The translations under genes were made by a program, and so were the position numbers. From assembly GCA_043228905.1 (NCBI GenBank), contig JBHGNT010000022.1, positions 11,656,001 to 11,720,000 on the forward strand: 64,000 nt of DNA, given 5' to 3'. How positions within the stretch are numbered: position 1 is the stretch's first letter; each line of letters begins with the position of its first letter. Source of the stretch: Azolla caroliniana (lineage: Eukaryota; Plantae; Polypodiophyta). Below the pieces are notes generated by a model. It saw only the letters and a program-made list of their open reading frames with translations. It made no database searches and was not told where the DNA came from. Below, one piece after another: positions 35,171-46,557 of this stretch.

Positions 35171-38100
35171 TGTTGGGATTACGGTCCCTTCGGATGGGAT
35201 GGTCGGATATCGGAGATGAATGCCGACAAGCCCGGTTTCGGTTTCGGATCCGGATGACGAAGACCCCGGTTTCGGTACCGGATGACGAATGTACCCGGAG
35301 AGCGATCCGGATGCAGGGACATATCCGTGAATATGTTCGCTATGGGCCCCTGAGGCTACAGTTGTAAATAGCCCAAAGTCATATAAGTATAAATATGACT
35401 TAGGGCAAACAGTTTTACTGTTGCTTCTCATTTTTTCTGTTTTTCCACTTTAGAGGAGTGAAGAGAGAGCAGCCGTGAGAGAGATAGAGCGGAGAGAGGA
35501 AGAGGTAGACGCCTCTGTGTATTTCCGCCGCCTGTGGCGAGGACAGCGAGCTCAAGGTCGTCGCCTTGCAGCTCGCCATTGTATACTTCTCTGTATAGTG
35601 TTGGTTTGGAGTCTTGTACTCCCGTGGTTTTTCCCGTCTAGGGTTTTCCACGTTAATCCCTGTGTACTCGCGTTTTGTTTCTCCGTGTGGTTCCTATTTT
35701 CTGCTCCATCGATTCGCGCTTACTCGGTTGTGGCCGAGTGAAGAAGGTGAATAGAAGGGTCTATTCCTTACAAACTGGTATCAGAGCGAACTGCTGCAGA
35801 AAATGGAAGCCGGCGGCAGCAGGCAGCCGGGGATGATGGTGCTGAATGCACAGAATTACGCCGACTGGAAGATCAAGATGGAGGATCTTCTGATTGTTCG
35901 GGACCTGTACGAACCGATTGACAGGTCGGAAATACCGAAGGGGGTACTTGAGTCGGAATGGAGGCTTCTGAACCGGAAAGCCGTTGCAACCATTCGGCAA
36001 TACGTCGACGTGAGCGTTCTACAACATGTGGCGAACGACACCAACGCATATGAGATGTGGCGGAAGCTGTCGGGCCTCTATGAGAGGAAGAATGCGTTGA
36101 ACCGAACCTCCCTGATGAGGAAGATAGTGAATCTCAAGTACCGGGATGGCGAGAGTATGGTGGAACACGTAAGCACGTTCATGGGACTCGTGAATCAGCT
36201 TGCGGCGATCAAGTTCCCGTTGGAGGATGCAATGCAAGCCATCATCCTGATGTGTACATTGCCGGAAAGCTGGGAGAACTTGGTGGTAACTCTCAGCACC
36301 TCCTGCGCCGAAGATAACTTGTCCTTACAAACGGTAAAGACAAGTATTTTGAATGAAGAAGCGCGTCGGAGAGATAAGGAACCGGCCTCCGACCCGAAGA
36401 TGTTGTTTACCGAATCGGATCGGGGAAGACAATGGAACCGGAGTCCGCAAAGACGGGAGAAGTCGGGGACCCGGTCGCAGTCAAGAGGAAGGCCCACATG
36501 CTTCCACTGTGGGAAGCCCGGGCACTTCCGAAAGAATTGTCGGCATTACCGAAAGGACAATGGAACCGACAACACCGATTCGAAGAAGTCACCGGAGAGA
36601 AACGGTGCATACCGGGGAGCCACGGACCGAAATGGTTCGGATCGGCGAGGACAGGACCGGAAAGGAACGACGGCACTCGCGGCAAGTGAAGAGGAGATCA
36701 TGCTCATCACCGAAGAAGGTGAACTAAACATTGCCGGCGATGAGACGACCTGGGTGGTCGATTCCGGAGCATCGTTCCACCTGACCCCGGAGAGAAGATA
36801 CTTCTCATCCTACACAGCCGGCGAGCATGGCTGTGTTCGGATGGGAAACGAAGGTACGTGCCGGATTGCCGGCATAGGAGACGTGTGGTTGACAACCCCG
36901 ACCGGATGCAAAATGCTGCTGAAGAATGTCCGACACGTTCCGGAGGTCCGACTGAACCTGATTTCGGCCGGGAGGCTAGATGATGAAGGCTACACGGGTA
37001 GCATCCGGAACGGTGTCATGAAGTTCAGCAAGGGGAGCTTGATAGTGGCTCGGGCCCGGAAGGTCAACACACTGTACCTGATGAATGCCTGGTTATGTCC
37101 GGAAGAGCTGAATGTGGCAGCCGACACTGCCGGTGAGCTGTGGCACAAAAGACTGTGCCACATGAGTGAGAAGGGGATGAAGAGGCTTGCAGAAGACAAC
37201 CTTATTCCAGTGAAGCACGTGCACCTGGAGAAGTGCACCGATTGCCTGGCCGGTAAGCAGAACCGAGCCTCCTTCCACTCAAGGCCACCGAAGAGACGTA
37301 GTGTACCATTGGAGTTGGTACACACTGATGTGTGTCAAGTAGAAACGAAGTCACATGGCGGAGCCCAGTACTTCGTGACATTCATTGATGACCACAGCCG
37401 GAAGCTGTGGACGGCACCGATGAAGACAAAGGACCAAGTGTTGTGCGTCTTCAAAGAACTCCACGCGAGAGTGGAAAGGGAATCCGGCAAGAAGCTGAAA
37501 GCGATACGAGCGGATAACGGAGGGGAATACCGGGGGCAGTTCCAGGAGTACTGTCGCTCGAAGGGAATCCGACTCGAGTTTACTGTGCCGAAGACGCCGG
37601 AACTGAACGGGCTGGCCGAGAGGATGAACCGGACCATAATGGAGAGGGTCCGGAGTATGCTGGCGCATGCGGAATTACCCAAGGGTTTTTGGGCTGAGGC
37701 GATGTCGACGGCGACATACGTGATAAACAGATCACCCTCAGTACCTTTGGACGGAGACACGCCGCAGAGAGTGTGGACCGGTAGGGAAGTATCCTACCGG
37801 CATCTGAAGGTGTTCGGGTGTCTCGCATACGTGCATGTGGCAAAGGACCGGAGAGGAAAGCTAGATCCAAAGACCCGGCCATGCATATTCCTCGGATACG
37901 GCGACGATGAGTTCGGCTACCGAGTATGGGACCCGGTTGACAAGAAGATATTCAGGAGTCGAGACATCATCTTCATGGAGGACAAGACACTCGCCGACTG
38001 GGAGTCGGAGAAGAAGATGAAGAGCTCCAAGTCAACCGGTGAGGATAAACTCTACGAGGAGCAGTCCCGACCGGCAAGGGACCGGTTAGCACTCGAGGAT

Positions 38101-40488
38101 CCGGCCGAAGACGGTGAAGAAACCGAACCGGCCGAAGAAGACGAAAATGATACCGGAACCGGCCCCGATCCCGAAATGGATTCGGATGAAGAAGAATCGG
38201 AAGAACCGGTTACCGAAGCTCCGGAACGGAGATATCCTCTAAGAGAGAGAAGGGCCCCCCGGAGATTTCCGGAACCAGAGCACGTGCTGCTAACCGACGA
38301 GGGGGAGCCGGAGAGCTTTGAAGAAGCAAAGCATGACACCCAGAGCCGCAGGTGGTTGAGTGCCATGCAGGACGAGATGGATTCCCTGCATGAGAACCAC
38401 ACATATGAACTTGTGGAGTTGCCGAAAGGAAAGCGGGCACTTCGAAACAAGTGGGTGTTCAAGCTGAAACCGGGAGATGCCGGAAACCCCCCGAGATACA
38501 AAGCCAGGATCGTGGTGAAGGGGTTTCAGCAGAAGAAGGGCGTCGACTTCGACGAGATATTTGCTCCGGTAGTGAAGATGACCTCCATCCGAACGGTGCT
38601 GAGCATAGCGGCAAGCATGGACCTCGAGGTAGAACAGATGGACGTGAAGACGGCATTCCTTCACGGTGACCTCGAAGAAGAGATCTACATGCAGCAACCG
38701 GAAGGATTCGAGAAGAAAGGGAAGGAGCACCTGGTATGCCGGTTGAAGAAGAGCCTTTACGGACTGAAGCAGGCTCCCCGGCAATGGTACCGGAAGTTCG
38801 ACTCCTTCATGACCGACGAAGGGTACCTCAAAACGCAGTCCGACCACTGCGTGTTTGTGAAGAAGTTCGAAGAAGGAGACTCTCTAATACTCCTCCTGTA
38901 CGTGGACGACATGTTGATCGTCGGACGGGATCAGGTCAAGATACGGATGCTGAAGAAGGCTCTTCACCGAACCTTCTCAATGAAGGACCTGGGTCCGGCG
39001 AGGCAAATACTAGGGATGCACATCATCCGGGACCGGAAGAAGAAGCAGTTGTGGCTGTCACAGGAGAAGTACGTGACGAAGGTGCTTCACCGGTTCAACA
39101 TGTCGGAAGCAAGACCGGTCGGATCGACCCTCCCGACAAACTGCAAGCTGTCCAGCAAGCAAAGTCCCAAGACAAAGGCTGAAAAGGAGGATATGATGAA
39201 AGTACCGTATGCCTCAGCCGTCGGGAGCTTGATGTACGCCATGGTGTGTACGAGACCGGACATCGGATATGCAGTCGGAGTGGTGAGCCGGTACATGAGC
39301 AATCCCGGCAAAGAGCATTGGAACGCGGCCAAGTGGATACTCCGATACCTGAAGGGCACGGCAAACGTGTGCCTCCGATTCGGCTCCGGAAAGCCCGAAC
39401 TCGACGGCTTTACCGATTCGGATATGTCGGCTGATGCAGATACCAGCCGGTCCACATCAGGGTATGTGATGACGTATGCAGGGGGAGCTGTTTCATGGCA
39501 GTCGAGGCTGCAGAAGACGGTTGCGTTGTCAACCACGGAGGCGGAGTACATGGCGGCTGTTGAAGCCGGCAAGGAAATAATATGGATGAAGGACTTCATT
39601 AGAGAGCTCGGTATCCAACAGGAGGAGTACCGACTCTACTGCGACAGTCAGAGTGCAATCCACCTTGCGAAGAACGCGGCCTATCACTCCCGGACGAAGC
39701 ACATCCAGCGAAGATATCACTGGATCCGGGAAAGGATAGAAGACAAGGAGTTCGTGCTGACAAAGATCCACACGGACGAGAACGGGTCGGATATGCTGAC
39801 CAAGGTGCTCACACCCGACAAGCTGGAAGCATGCCGGAAGAGGATCGGATTGGAGAGACATCCCATGCCGAAGTGAAGGGGGAGTTTGTTGGGATTACGG
39901 TCCCTTCGGATGGGATGGTCGGATATCGGAGATGAATGCCGACAAGCCCGGTTTCGGTTTCGGATCCGGATGACGAAGACCCCGGTTTCGGTACCGGATG
40001 ACGAATGTACCCGGAGAGCGATCCGGATGCAGGGACATATCCGTGAATATGTTCGCTATGGGCCCCTGAGGCTACAGTTGTAAATAGCCCAAAGTCATAT
40101 AAGTATAAATATGACTTAGGGCAAACAGTTTTACTGTTGCTTCTCATTTTTTCTGTTTTTCCACTTTAGAGGAGTGAAGAGAGAGCAGCCGTGAGAGAGA
40201 TAGAGCGGAGAGAGGAAGAGGTAGACGCCTCTGTGTATTTCCGCTGCCTGTGGCGAGGACAGCGAGCTCAAGGTCGTCGCCTTGCAGCTCGCCATTGTAT
40301 ACTTCTCTGTATAGTGTTGGTTTGGAGTCTTGTACTCCCGTGGTTTTTCCCGTTTAGGGTTTTCCACGTTAATCCCTGTGTACTCGCGTTTTGTTTCTCC
40401 GTGTGGTTCCTATTTTCTGCTCCATCGATTCGCGCTTACTCGGTTGTGGCCGAGTGAAGAAGGTGAATAGAAGGGTCTATTCCTTACA
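35171..40488 (+). mobile_element. full-length Ty1/copia element C2
   Basis: 602-bp LTRs at 35171-35772 and 39887-40488 (I saw only two differences), TSD GCTTC, PBS 35776-35787, PPT 39871-39884. Confidence 0.97.
35803..39876 (+). CDS. copia Gag-Pol polyprotein, 1357 aa, intact
   Basis: Single ORF with all catalytic motifs (DSGAS, HTDV...DNGGEY...AER, YVDD). Confidence 0.97.
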   Translation: MEAGGSRQPGMMVLNAQNYADWKIKMEDLLIVRDLYEPIDRSEIPKGVLESEWRLLNRKAVATIRQYVDVSVLQHVANDTNAYEMWRKLSGLYERKNALNRTSLMRKIVNLKYRDGESMVEHVSTFMGLVNQLAAIKFPLEDAMQAIILMCTLPESWENLVVTLSTSCAEDNLSLQTVKTSILNEEARRRDKEPASDPKMLFTESDRGRQWNRSPQRREKSGTRSQSRGRPTCFHCGKPGHFRKNCRHYRKDNGTDNTDSKKSPERNGAYRGATDRNGSDRRGQDRKGTTALAASEEEIMLITEEGELNIAGDETTWVVDSGASFHLTPERRYFSSYTAGEHGCVRMGNEGTCRIAGIGDVWLTTPTGCKMLLKNVRHVPEVRLNLISAGRLDDEGYTGSIRNGVMKFSKGSLIVARARKVNTLYLMNAWLCPEELNVAADTAGELWHKRLCHMSEKGMKRLAEDNLIPVKHVHLEKCTDCLAGKQNRASFHSRPPKRRSVPLELVHTDVCQVETKSHGGAQYFVTFIDDHSRKLWTAPMKTKDQVLCVFKELHARVERESGKKLKAIRADNGGEYRGQFQEYCRSKGIRLEFTVPKTPELNGLAERMNRTIMERVRSMLAHAELPKGFWAEAMSTATYVINRSPSVPLDGDTPQRVWTGREVSYRHLKVFGCLAYVHVAKDRRGKLDPKTRPCIFLGYGDDEFGYRVWDPVDKKIFRSRDIIFMEDKTLADWESEKKMKSSKSTGEDKLYEEQSRPARDRLALEDPAEDGEETEPAEEDENDTGTGPDPEMDSDEEESEEPVTEAPERRYPLRERRAPRRFPEPEHVLLTDEGEPESFEEAKHDTQSRRWLSAMQDEMDSLHENHTYELVELPKGKRALRNKWVFKLKPGDAGNPPRYKARIVVKGFQQKKGVDFDEIFAPVVKMTSIRTVLSIAASMDLEVEQMDVKTAFLHGDLEEEIYMQQPEGFEKKGKEHLVCRLKKSLYGLKQAPRQWYRKFDSFMTDEGYLKTQSDHCVFVKKFEEGDSLILLLYVDDMLIVGRDQVKIRMLKKALHRTFSMKDLGPARQILGMHIIRDRKKKQLWLSQEKYVTKVLHRFNMSEARPVGSTLPTNCKLSSKQSPKTKAEKEDMMKVPYASAVGSLMYAMVCTRPDIGYAVGVVSRYMSNPGKEHWNAAKWILRYLKGTANVCLRFGSGKPELDGFTDSDMSADADTSRSTSGYVMTYAGGAVSWQSRLQKTVALSTTEAEYMAAVEAGKEIIWMKDFIRELGIQQEEYRLYCDSQSAIHLAKNAAYHSRTKHIQRRYHWIRERIEDKEFVLTKIHTDENGSDMLTKVLTPDKLEACRKRIGLERHPMPK

Positions 40489-40712
40489 GCTTCTTCATCC
40501 TGCTTGTTCGGTTCTCATCCGGATCCTATCCGGAGGGAATGAATTGCCAACAAACTCCCCCTTCACTCCGGCATGGGATTTCTCGTTAATCCGATCCGTT
40601 TCCAGCAAGCGTCCAACTTGTCGGTTGATAGCACCTTGGTCAGCATATCCGATCCATTCTCCTTCGTGTGGATCTTCGCCAACACAAAGTCTTGATCTTC
40701 TACCTTCTCCCA

Positions 40713-42024
40713 AGTGGGGAAGAATTTCCATGCCATTTCGTGACATGTGGCCTAAATGACCATGCCAAATACCGGTCATAGGCTAGTTTTTGACAACCAA
40801 AAGATGTTCCTTTTGATGAATGAATAGTGGGTAGAGGGAACCAACTTTATTCCCTTTTGTAAACATCATATTTCCTTTTGTCATACAAAAGGATTGGGAA
40901 GCAAATATTACCCGATAACTATTGTCATCAAGTTGACCAATGGAGATTAAACTACGAATTAATTGGGGAACATGGCGTACATTTTTCATGGTAAGATGAG
41001 AACCATGTCCAATACCGATCACATCACACGGATGTGAGTCTCCAAGTCTAACTTTGCCAAGTGACTTGGATTCATAACATGTGGTCCACCCTCTATGTGG
41101 AGTCACATGAAATAATGCACTGGAGTTCAACCATGTATGGAGGGAGAAAAAACCATATTCAACCCAATATGTGTAGTAACATGAACTAAGACCAAAATGT
41201 CTATCTTGCCACACGTTGCATTTATTTCTTCTATTTCCATTGAGGAAGAGGGCTTGCACGTCCATTACCTTTGGATTTAGCATTATCCTTTTCTTTATTT
41301 TTTCAAGGTTGGTTAAGAAAGGAACATTAATTGCGAGATTAATGATTCCTTTCTTGTTACGAGAACCAACCTTAATAATACACAACCTTAAAAATGACTA
41401 TGGATGATGAGCTAAAATGTGTCTTTCACTTATACACTTTACCTGCCTCATGGGACACATTTAGCACTATTAAGAAAGGAACAACAAGTTCTTGCAACAA
41501 CAAGAATGTAGTGAAGGTTACCTCACTTGGTAGAAAGTTCTTGCAACAACATACACGAAAGGAAAAGAAATGATTTTTACCACTCTGACGCATAGAAGTC
41601 TTGCACCAAACCCTTTGCTCTCATACCACTATTGGGGGGGGAAGAAGCAGATGAACAACTAGTTTACTTGCAATAGAACGTAGACAACAAAGAAAAATGA
41701 GGATAGAACCCATACAACTCATAACCTAAATTTTGGCGGTACATAGAAAAACCCTTTTGATATGTTGACCTATATACATCCTAATAATTAGTGAGAATTG
41801 CCTTTTTGGCCTTAAACCTTAAACCCTAAACCCTATGTATCAGAGCCATCCCCGTATTTTGCCACATAAGTGAGTTTGGTCCTCCAAGGCCTCTATGGAG
41901 AGCTCAAGGCTCAAGGCTCTTGCCTCTTGGTTGGTTTAGTACCAAGAGTTGTAGTAACCTATATATAATGGCAATTTCCATTATTAATTCTACTTTTACA
42001 CATGGGCCTACCATGTTGTCAATA
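40713..42024 (-). mobile_element. old AT-rich copia 5' remnant: LTR about 41630-42024, degenerate iMet PBS 41617-41628, gag/PR/pre-integrase fragments
   Basis: TGGTATGAGAGC; WLNSSALFHVT, NVRHVPQL and WHGHLGHMS motifs. Confidence 0.65.
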
Positions 42025-43469
42025 CCTTCGCCCCGAACCGGACGGCGAACCTCGCACCGTTCTCATCCTCCTGATTGACCACCCATCCAATCCCGGTTGG
42101 GGTTGTGTCCACGGTCACATAAACCGGGACCCCTTTTCCGTAAACTGCTTTCCGGAGGGCCGGTGCCGCAGCTAGCCCCTCTTTTAACCTCTGGACCGAC
42201 TTCGCGTGCTCCTCGTTCCATTCGAACATATGCCCCTTTTTCAGCAACCCGTAGAGAGATTTCGCGACGTGTGCGTAATGCGGAATCCAGATGTGGTAGA
42301 ACACGCACGCACCCAGGAATCTCCGGACCTCTGTAACCGACTTGCATTCTTCCTTCATCACGCAGATGGCCTCCAACTTTGCCAGAGAGGGTTTCCGGCC
42401 ATAAGGCCTACACAATTGTCCAACCACCAAGATTTCGGATTGCCCGCAAGCCGACTTCTCCCCAGAGAAGATGAGTCGTGCACTCTCGAGCCTCCGTAGT
42501 ACATTCTCGTAGTCGTCGATGTGGTCTGCCACGAACCTCTGGCATCCGTCTAGCCCGACCGATTCATCCTTATCTTCCACCGAACATCCCTTGATCGGAA
42601 TGTCTTCCAAGAATGGCATGGTGATGTCCGGGATGCAGTCCCTCAACACCTTGTTCATTGCGTTCACCATGTGCGCCACCGAGTTGGTCCCCCCTGGCGG
42701 CAGGGTACACATCCGCACTAAGCCGAGGGGAGTCCTCATTGTCGTAATATCCTTACTCTCTACGGCTAGTTGGAATTGATCGTATCCTGAGTACAGATCG
42801 CCAACCGAATAGAGCGACCTTCCAGCGAAGCCTTCCGCGAACTCATCAATGGTCGGCCCGATTCCCGCGTTTCAAATGGTCACTTTATTGACCGGCACGT
42901 GCCGTTCTTCTTTGGCACTGTAAACCACCGATTTGAATATGGGGCACTCGACGGCTCGAGGATGCCCATCTCCACGTTCTGCTTCAGTAGCCCCATTAGC
43001 TTCGGGATGTGAGCTCTGGGTAGCAGAATTGGCTTGAGGTTCCACGACACATGCGGTATCGTGAAGATAACCAGCAGCTCCACGCACCCTATCTCCTCTG
43101 GTAAGAATGTGAAAGCCTTCCCCTGCCTTCCGAGCATCCTCCAAAATTGGTCCTCCTCCACCGGCGGTAGAAAGCCACCCCCACCGATTTTGAGCTCCTG
43201 TAGCATCTCGTCGGTGAACCGGTGCCCAATGCCAGCCGGATTCCGCAAACTTGGGTTTGAAGCGACCCCCTTCATCCGCTCCAAGCTGCCCTCCGACAAG
43301 GGTGCCATGAATGGCCTCACCTTCTGGTCCACAATCTTGTACCTCGTGTCCACGCGGGCTGTCCGATCCGACCCGACCTTCTCCCTGAAGTCCACAATGA
43401 CTTCGTACATTTCCACGAAACTGACCGGAATTACTCGGTCTTCACTCAGGCCTTCTTCGACAACCTTCT
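42025..43469 (-). pseudogene. family A pol fragment (RT and RNase H start), copy A2
   Basis: PYSNRWFTVPKK, GGTNSVAHM, FLEDIPIKG and VTVDTTPTGIG motifs. Confidence 0.88.
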
Positions 43470-46189
43470 TGTTGAGATACAAGCTCAACATTGGCCGGAT
43501 TGGCTGTCCAGCCGAGAACCGGATCGGTTGGGACCGGTCGGTTAGGCTGGACCGGTGCGTAAACCGGGTGCGTAAACCGGTGCGCAACGAGAAGCTATAG
43601 CGGTGCGTAAACCGCGAGGCTGTTGGAAAGATATTCCGCGTAGGAATATCTTTTAGGAGTTAGTGTAGAGCTCAGTTATGAGCATTGAAGTACGTGTAAG
43701 TACTTCTGTCAGTCTGTATGGACTTGTATAAAAGTGCTTATTAAGCACATTCTATGTACAGACTGAGTATTATTTTTTGAATAGAGTTTTGTGTATTGAC
43801 TCTCTCTCTCTCTCTCTCTCTCCCGCGTATTGTGTGTGTGTCCAAGCTCTCCATTAAACTTGTATTTTCCTACATTCTGCTTTCTGTTGCTTCTGCATGT
43901 TGTTCTTTTCACATGGTATCAGAGCGCGAGGGTTGAGAACCTCTGCAGCCGACCTTAGCTCGAGAAGAAAACCTAACCTTTGTAAAGAACAGGGAAAACA
44001 AAATGGATAGAGGCATGGCTAGCTTGCTTCCAATCGAGAAGCTCGACAGAAACAACTACGCGTCTTGGTCATACAAGATGCACCAGTACCTGCTTGGGCA
44101 TGGATATTGGAGCTATGTCGACGGAGCAAATGACACAGCACTCGATTCGACACATAAAGACTTCCCGACTTGGGAACAGTTGGCGAGCAGAGTTCTCTAC
44201 TACTTCACGTCTTGTGTGGGCGAACAACTTCTGAGCTATATTCGGGATGTCAAAATGCCGAAGGATGCTTGGGGAAATCTGAAAAAGATTTTTGCCGCCA
44301 GCACCACAGCCAGAAAGCTCCAACTTTGATAGGAGTTGAGCAACTTGCGACAACGCGATTTGTTGGTGGATGATTACACTTCGAAGATCAAAGAGATATG
44401 CGACTCCTTAGCCTCCATCGATGTGAACGTCGAGGAAGGCAAAATGGTGTAGATCTGTCTCAGGGGACTGGCGTTGAAGTTCGGAGCGTTCTGAATTGTT
44501 GTATACACACGGGAGAATACGCCGTCGTTTTTCGACCTACAGTCGATGCTCCTTATAAAGAAGAACCATGCGGGTGTGTCAACGAGTATGCACACCGATA
44601 GCAAGATGCTATACACGGAGGGAGATAGGCCCCGTGGTCGTGGCGGATGAGGCGAGTCGGTGTGCAATGGAGGCGGCCGACGGGATCAAGGAAGAAGTGA
44701 TGCCAACACCAATTCCGAACCCTTCGGAAACAGGGGGAGTCGAGGCGACGAGAACTGGCAAGGGAAACCCGTCGCGGAATGTTGGTACTGTGGCAAGAAA
44801 GGCCACAAGGAGAGCGAGTACTGGAAGAAGCGTGCCGATTAGGAGAAAACTGGATCCGGATCCGGATCCGGACAAACCGACAAAGGAAATTGGCAGTGAT
44901 CGCACTACGCCGAAGGATCCGAAAAAGTCGGAAAGGGGGCAGCCTTCATGACGAGACACGAGGCAAACTCGATGAAGAAGACCACCCCGAAATCGGACAT
45001 GGTGTGGTACGTTGAATCCGGTGCATCAAACCACATGACGAGCCATAAGGAGTGGTTCTTATACCTTGAGAAACCGATGCAATTGGGAATAGTCGCAACA
45101 GGAGACGACACTCCGCATCTGATCAAGAATGTCAGTGAAGTTTCCTTGAGCCATGTCAGGAAAAAAGGGAAACTCATGAATGTGCTACCCGCCAATCATG
45201 AAGAATCTGGTGTCGGTCGGGCAGATCGTCAACCAGGGGATGCAAGTCCGGTTCACGCATCTCAGGTGCTTCATCGAGGAGGAAGGCCAAGTTATTGCGC
45301 AAGGGCACAGAGACGGGAAGATGTTTATCCTCGACACCAATGATGTCGGCACCGCAATGTTCACAAAAGGACAAAAAAGTCGAGTCAGACATCGACTTGT
45401 GGCACAAGCGGATAGGCCACGTCAACTATCAAAGGCTTCAGGACTTGTAGTTGAAACAAGTTATGTTCGGATTGCCCAAATTTAGTGGCCGAAAGGCCCA
45501 AATACTTGAAGCCTGCCAGCTAGGGAAGCAACACCGACTTCCTTTCCCCAACGAGCGTAATTGGAGCCGGAACAAGCTTGACTTGATACATTCGGATGTA
45601 TGGGGGCCGGCACAGAACGTTAGTCTTGGCGGGAGTCGATATTTTGTCTCCTTCATCGACGACTACACGCAGCACACGTGGATCTATCTCATTGAAAAGA
45701 AGAGTGAAGTCTTTGACTATTTCCCGGACCTCAAAAGCTTCATAGAAAGGGAGAAAGATCAAGTGCCTGCGATCGGATGGCGGAAAAGAGTACTTTTCCG
45801 ACCAATTCAACAGTTATCTGCAACAAATGGGAATTCGGCATGAATTCAGTTGCAGGTATACGCCAGAGCAAAATGGCGTAGCCGAAAGGAAAAATCGGTC
45901 GGTTGTGGAAGCGGCGCGGGCAATGTTCGAAGAAAAGAGCTTGCCCAAGTTCTATTGGGCCAATGCGGTACGAACCATGGTCTACATCCAGAATCGGGTC
46001 GGAGACAAAGTGTCAGCGCATGAGTTGTACTTCGGAAGGAAGCTGAATCTATGACACTTGAGAGTTTTCGATAGCATTACGTATGTGCATGTGCCAAAGG
46101 AGAAACGGAGGAAGTTGGACGCGAAAGCCGAGAAGTGTATCTTGGCTGGCTATTCGGACGAACAGAAGGGTTATAAGTGTTAAAACCCC

Positions 46190-46520
46190 TGTTGAGCGGC
46201 AAGCTCAACCGGAGCCGGATCGGCTGAATAAGCCGGAGCCGGTAAGCGAGACGGATCGGGCAAAATGGATCGGTATGACGGTGAGCAACCGAACCGGCAA
46301 GCAATGGAGGCCGGGTGCAATTCGTAACCGGAAGTCCAATCGAAAGCCTAGAATAGGATAGACTACTAGGTATCTATAGTCTCGTAGTAAGTGTCAGATG
46401 CTCGTGTGAGCATTGAAGTACATGGTACTTCTGTCAGTCCCAAGAGGACTTGTATAAATAGTGTTGCTTAGCACAGTGTGTATATGCAGAGTCTTGATAT
46501 AATTTTGGAAATTACGTTCT

Positions 46521-46557
<37 letters not shown>

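Larger units (their letters stand above)
34767..40712 (-). mobile_element. older family C copia 3' end (RNase H tail, PPT, 3' LTR from 40552); LTR split by C2 and cut by A1
   Basis: Minus strand GAGTGAAGGGGGAGTT|TGTTGGCAA at 40552. The LTR continues at 35170-34767 (ATATGACTTAGGGCAA, AGGGTTTTCCACGT). Confidence 0.85.

Noticed and set aside
41810-41834. Interstitial telomere
   Set aside because: Only three or four imperfect AAACCCT units, consistent with telo-box-like motifs in an LTR.
46522-46553. 20-bp length difference between the D2 LTRs as a structural feature
   Set aside because: Explained by ordinary (CT)n microsatellite slippage.
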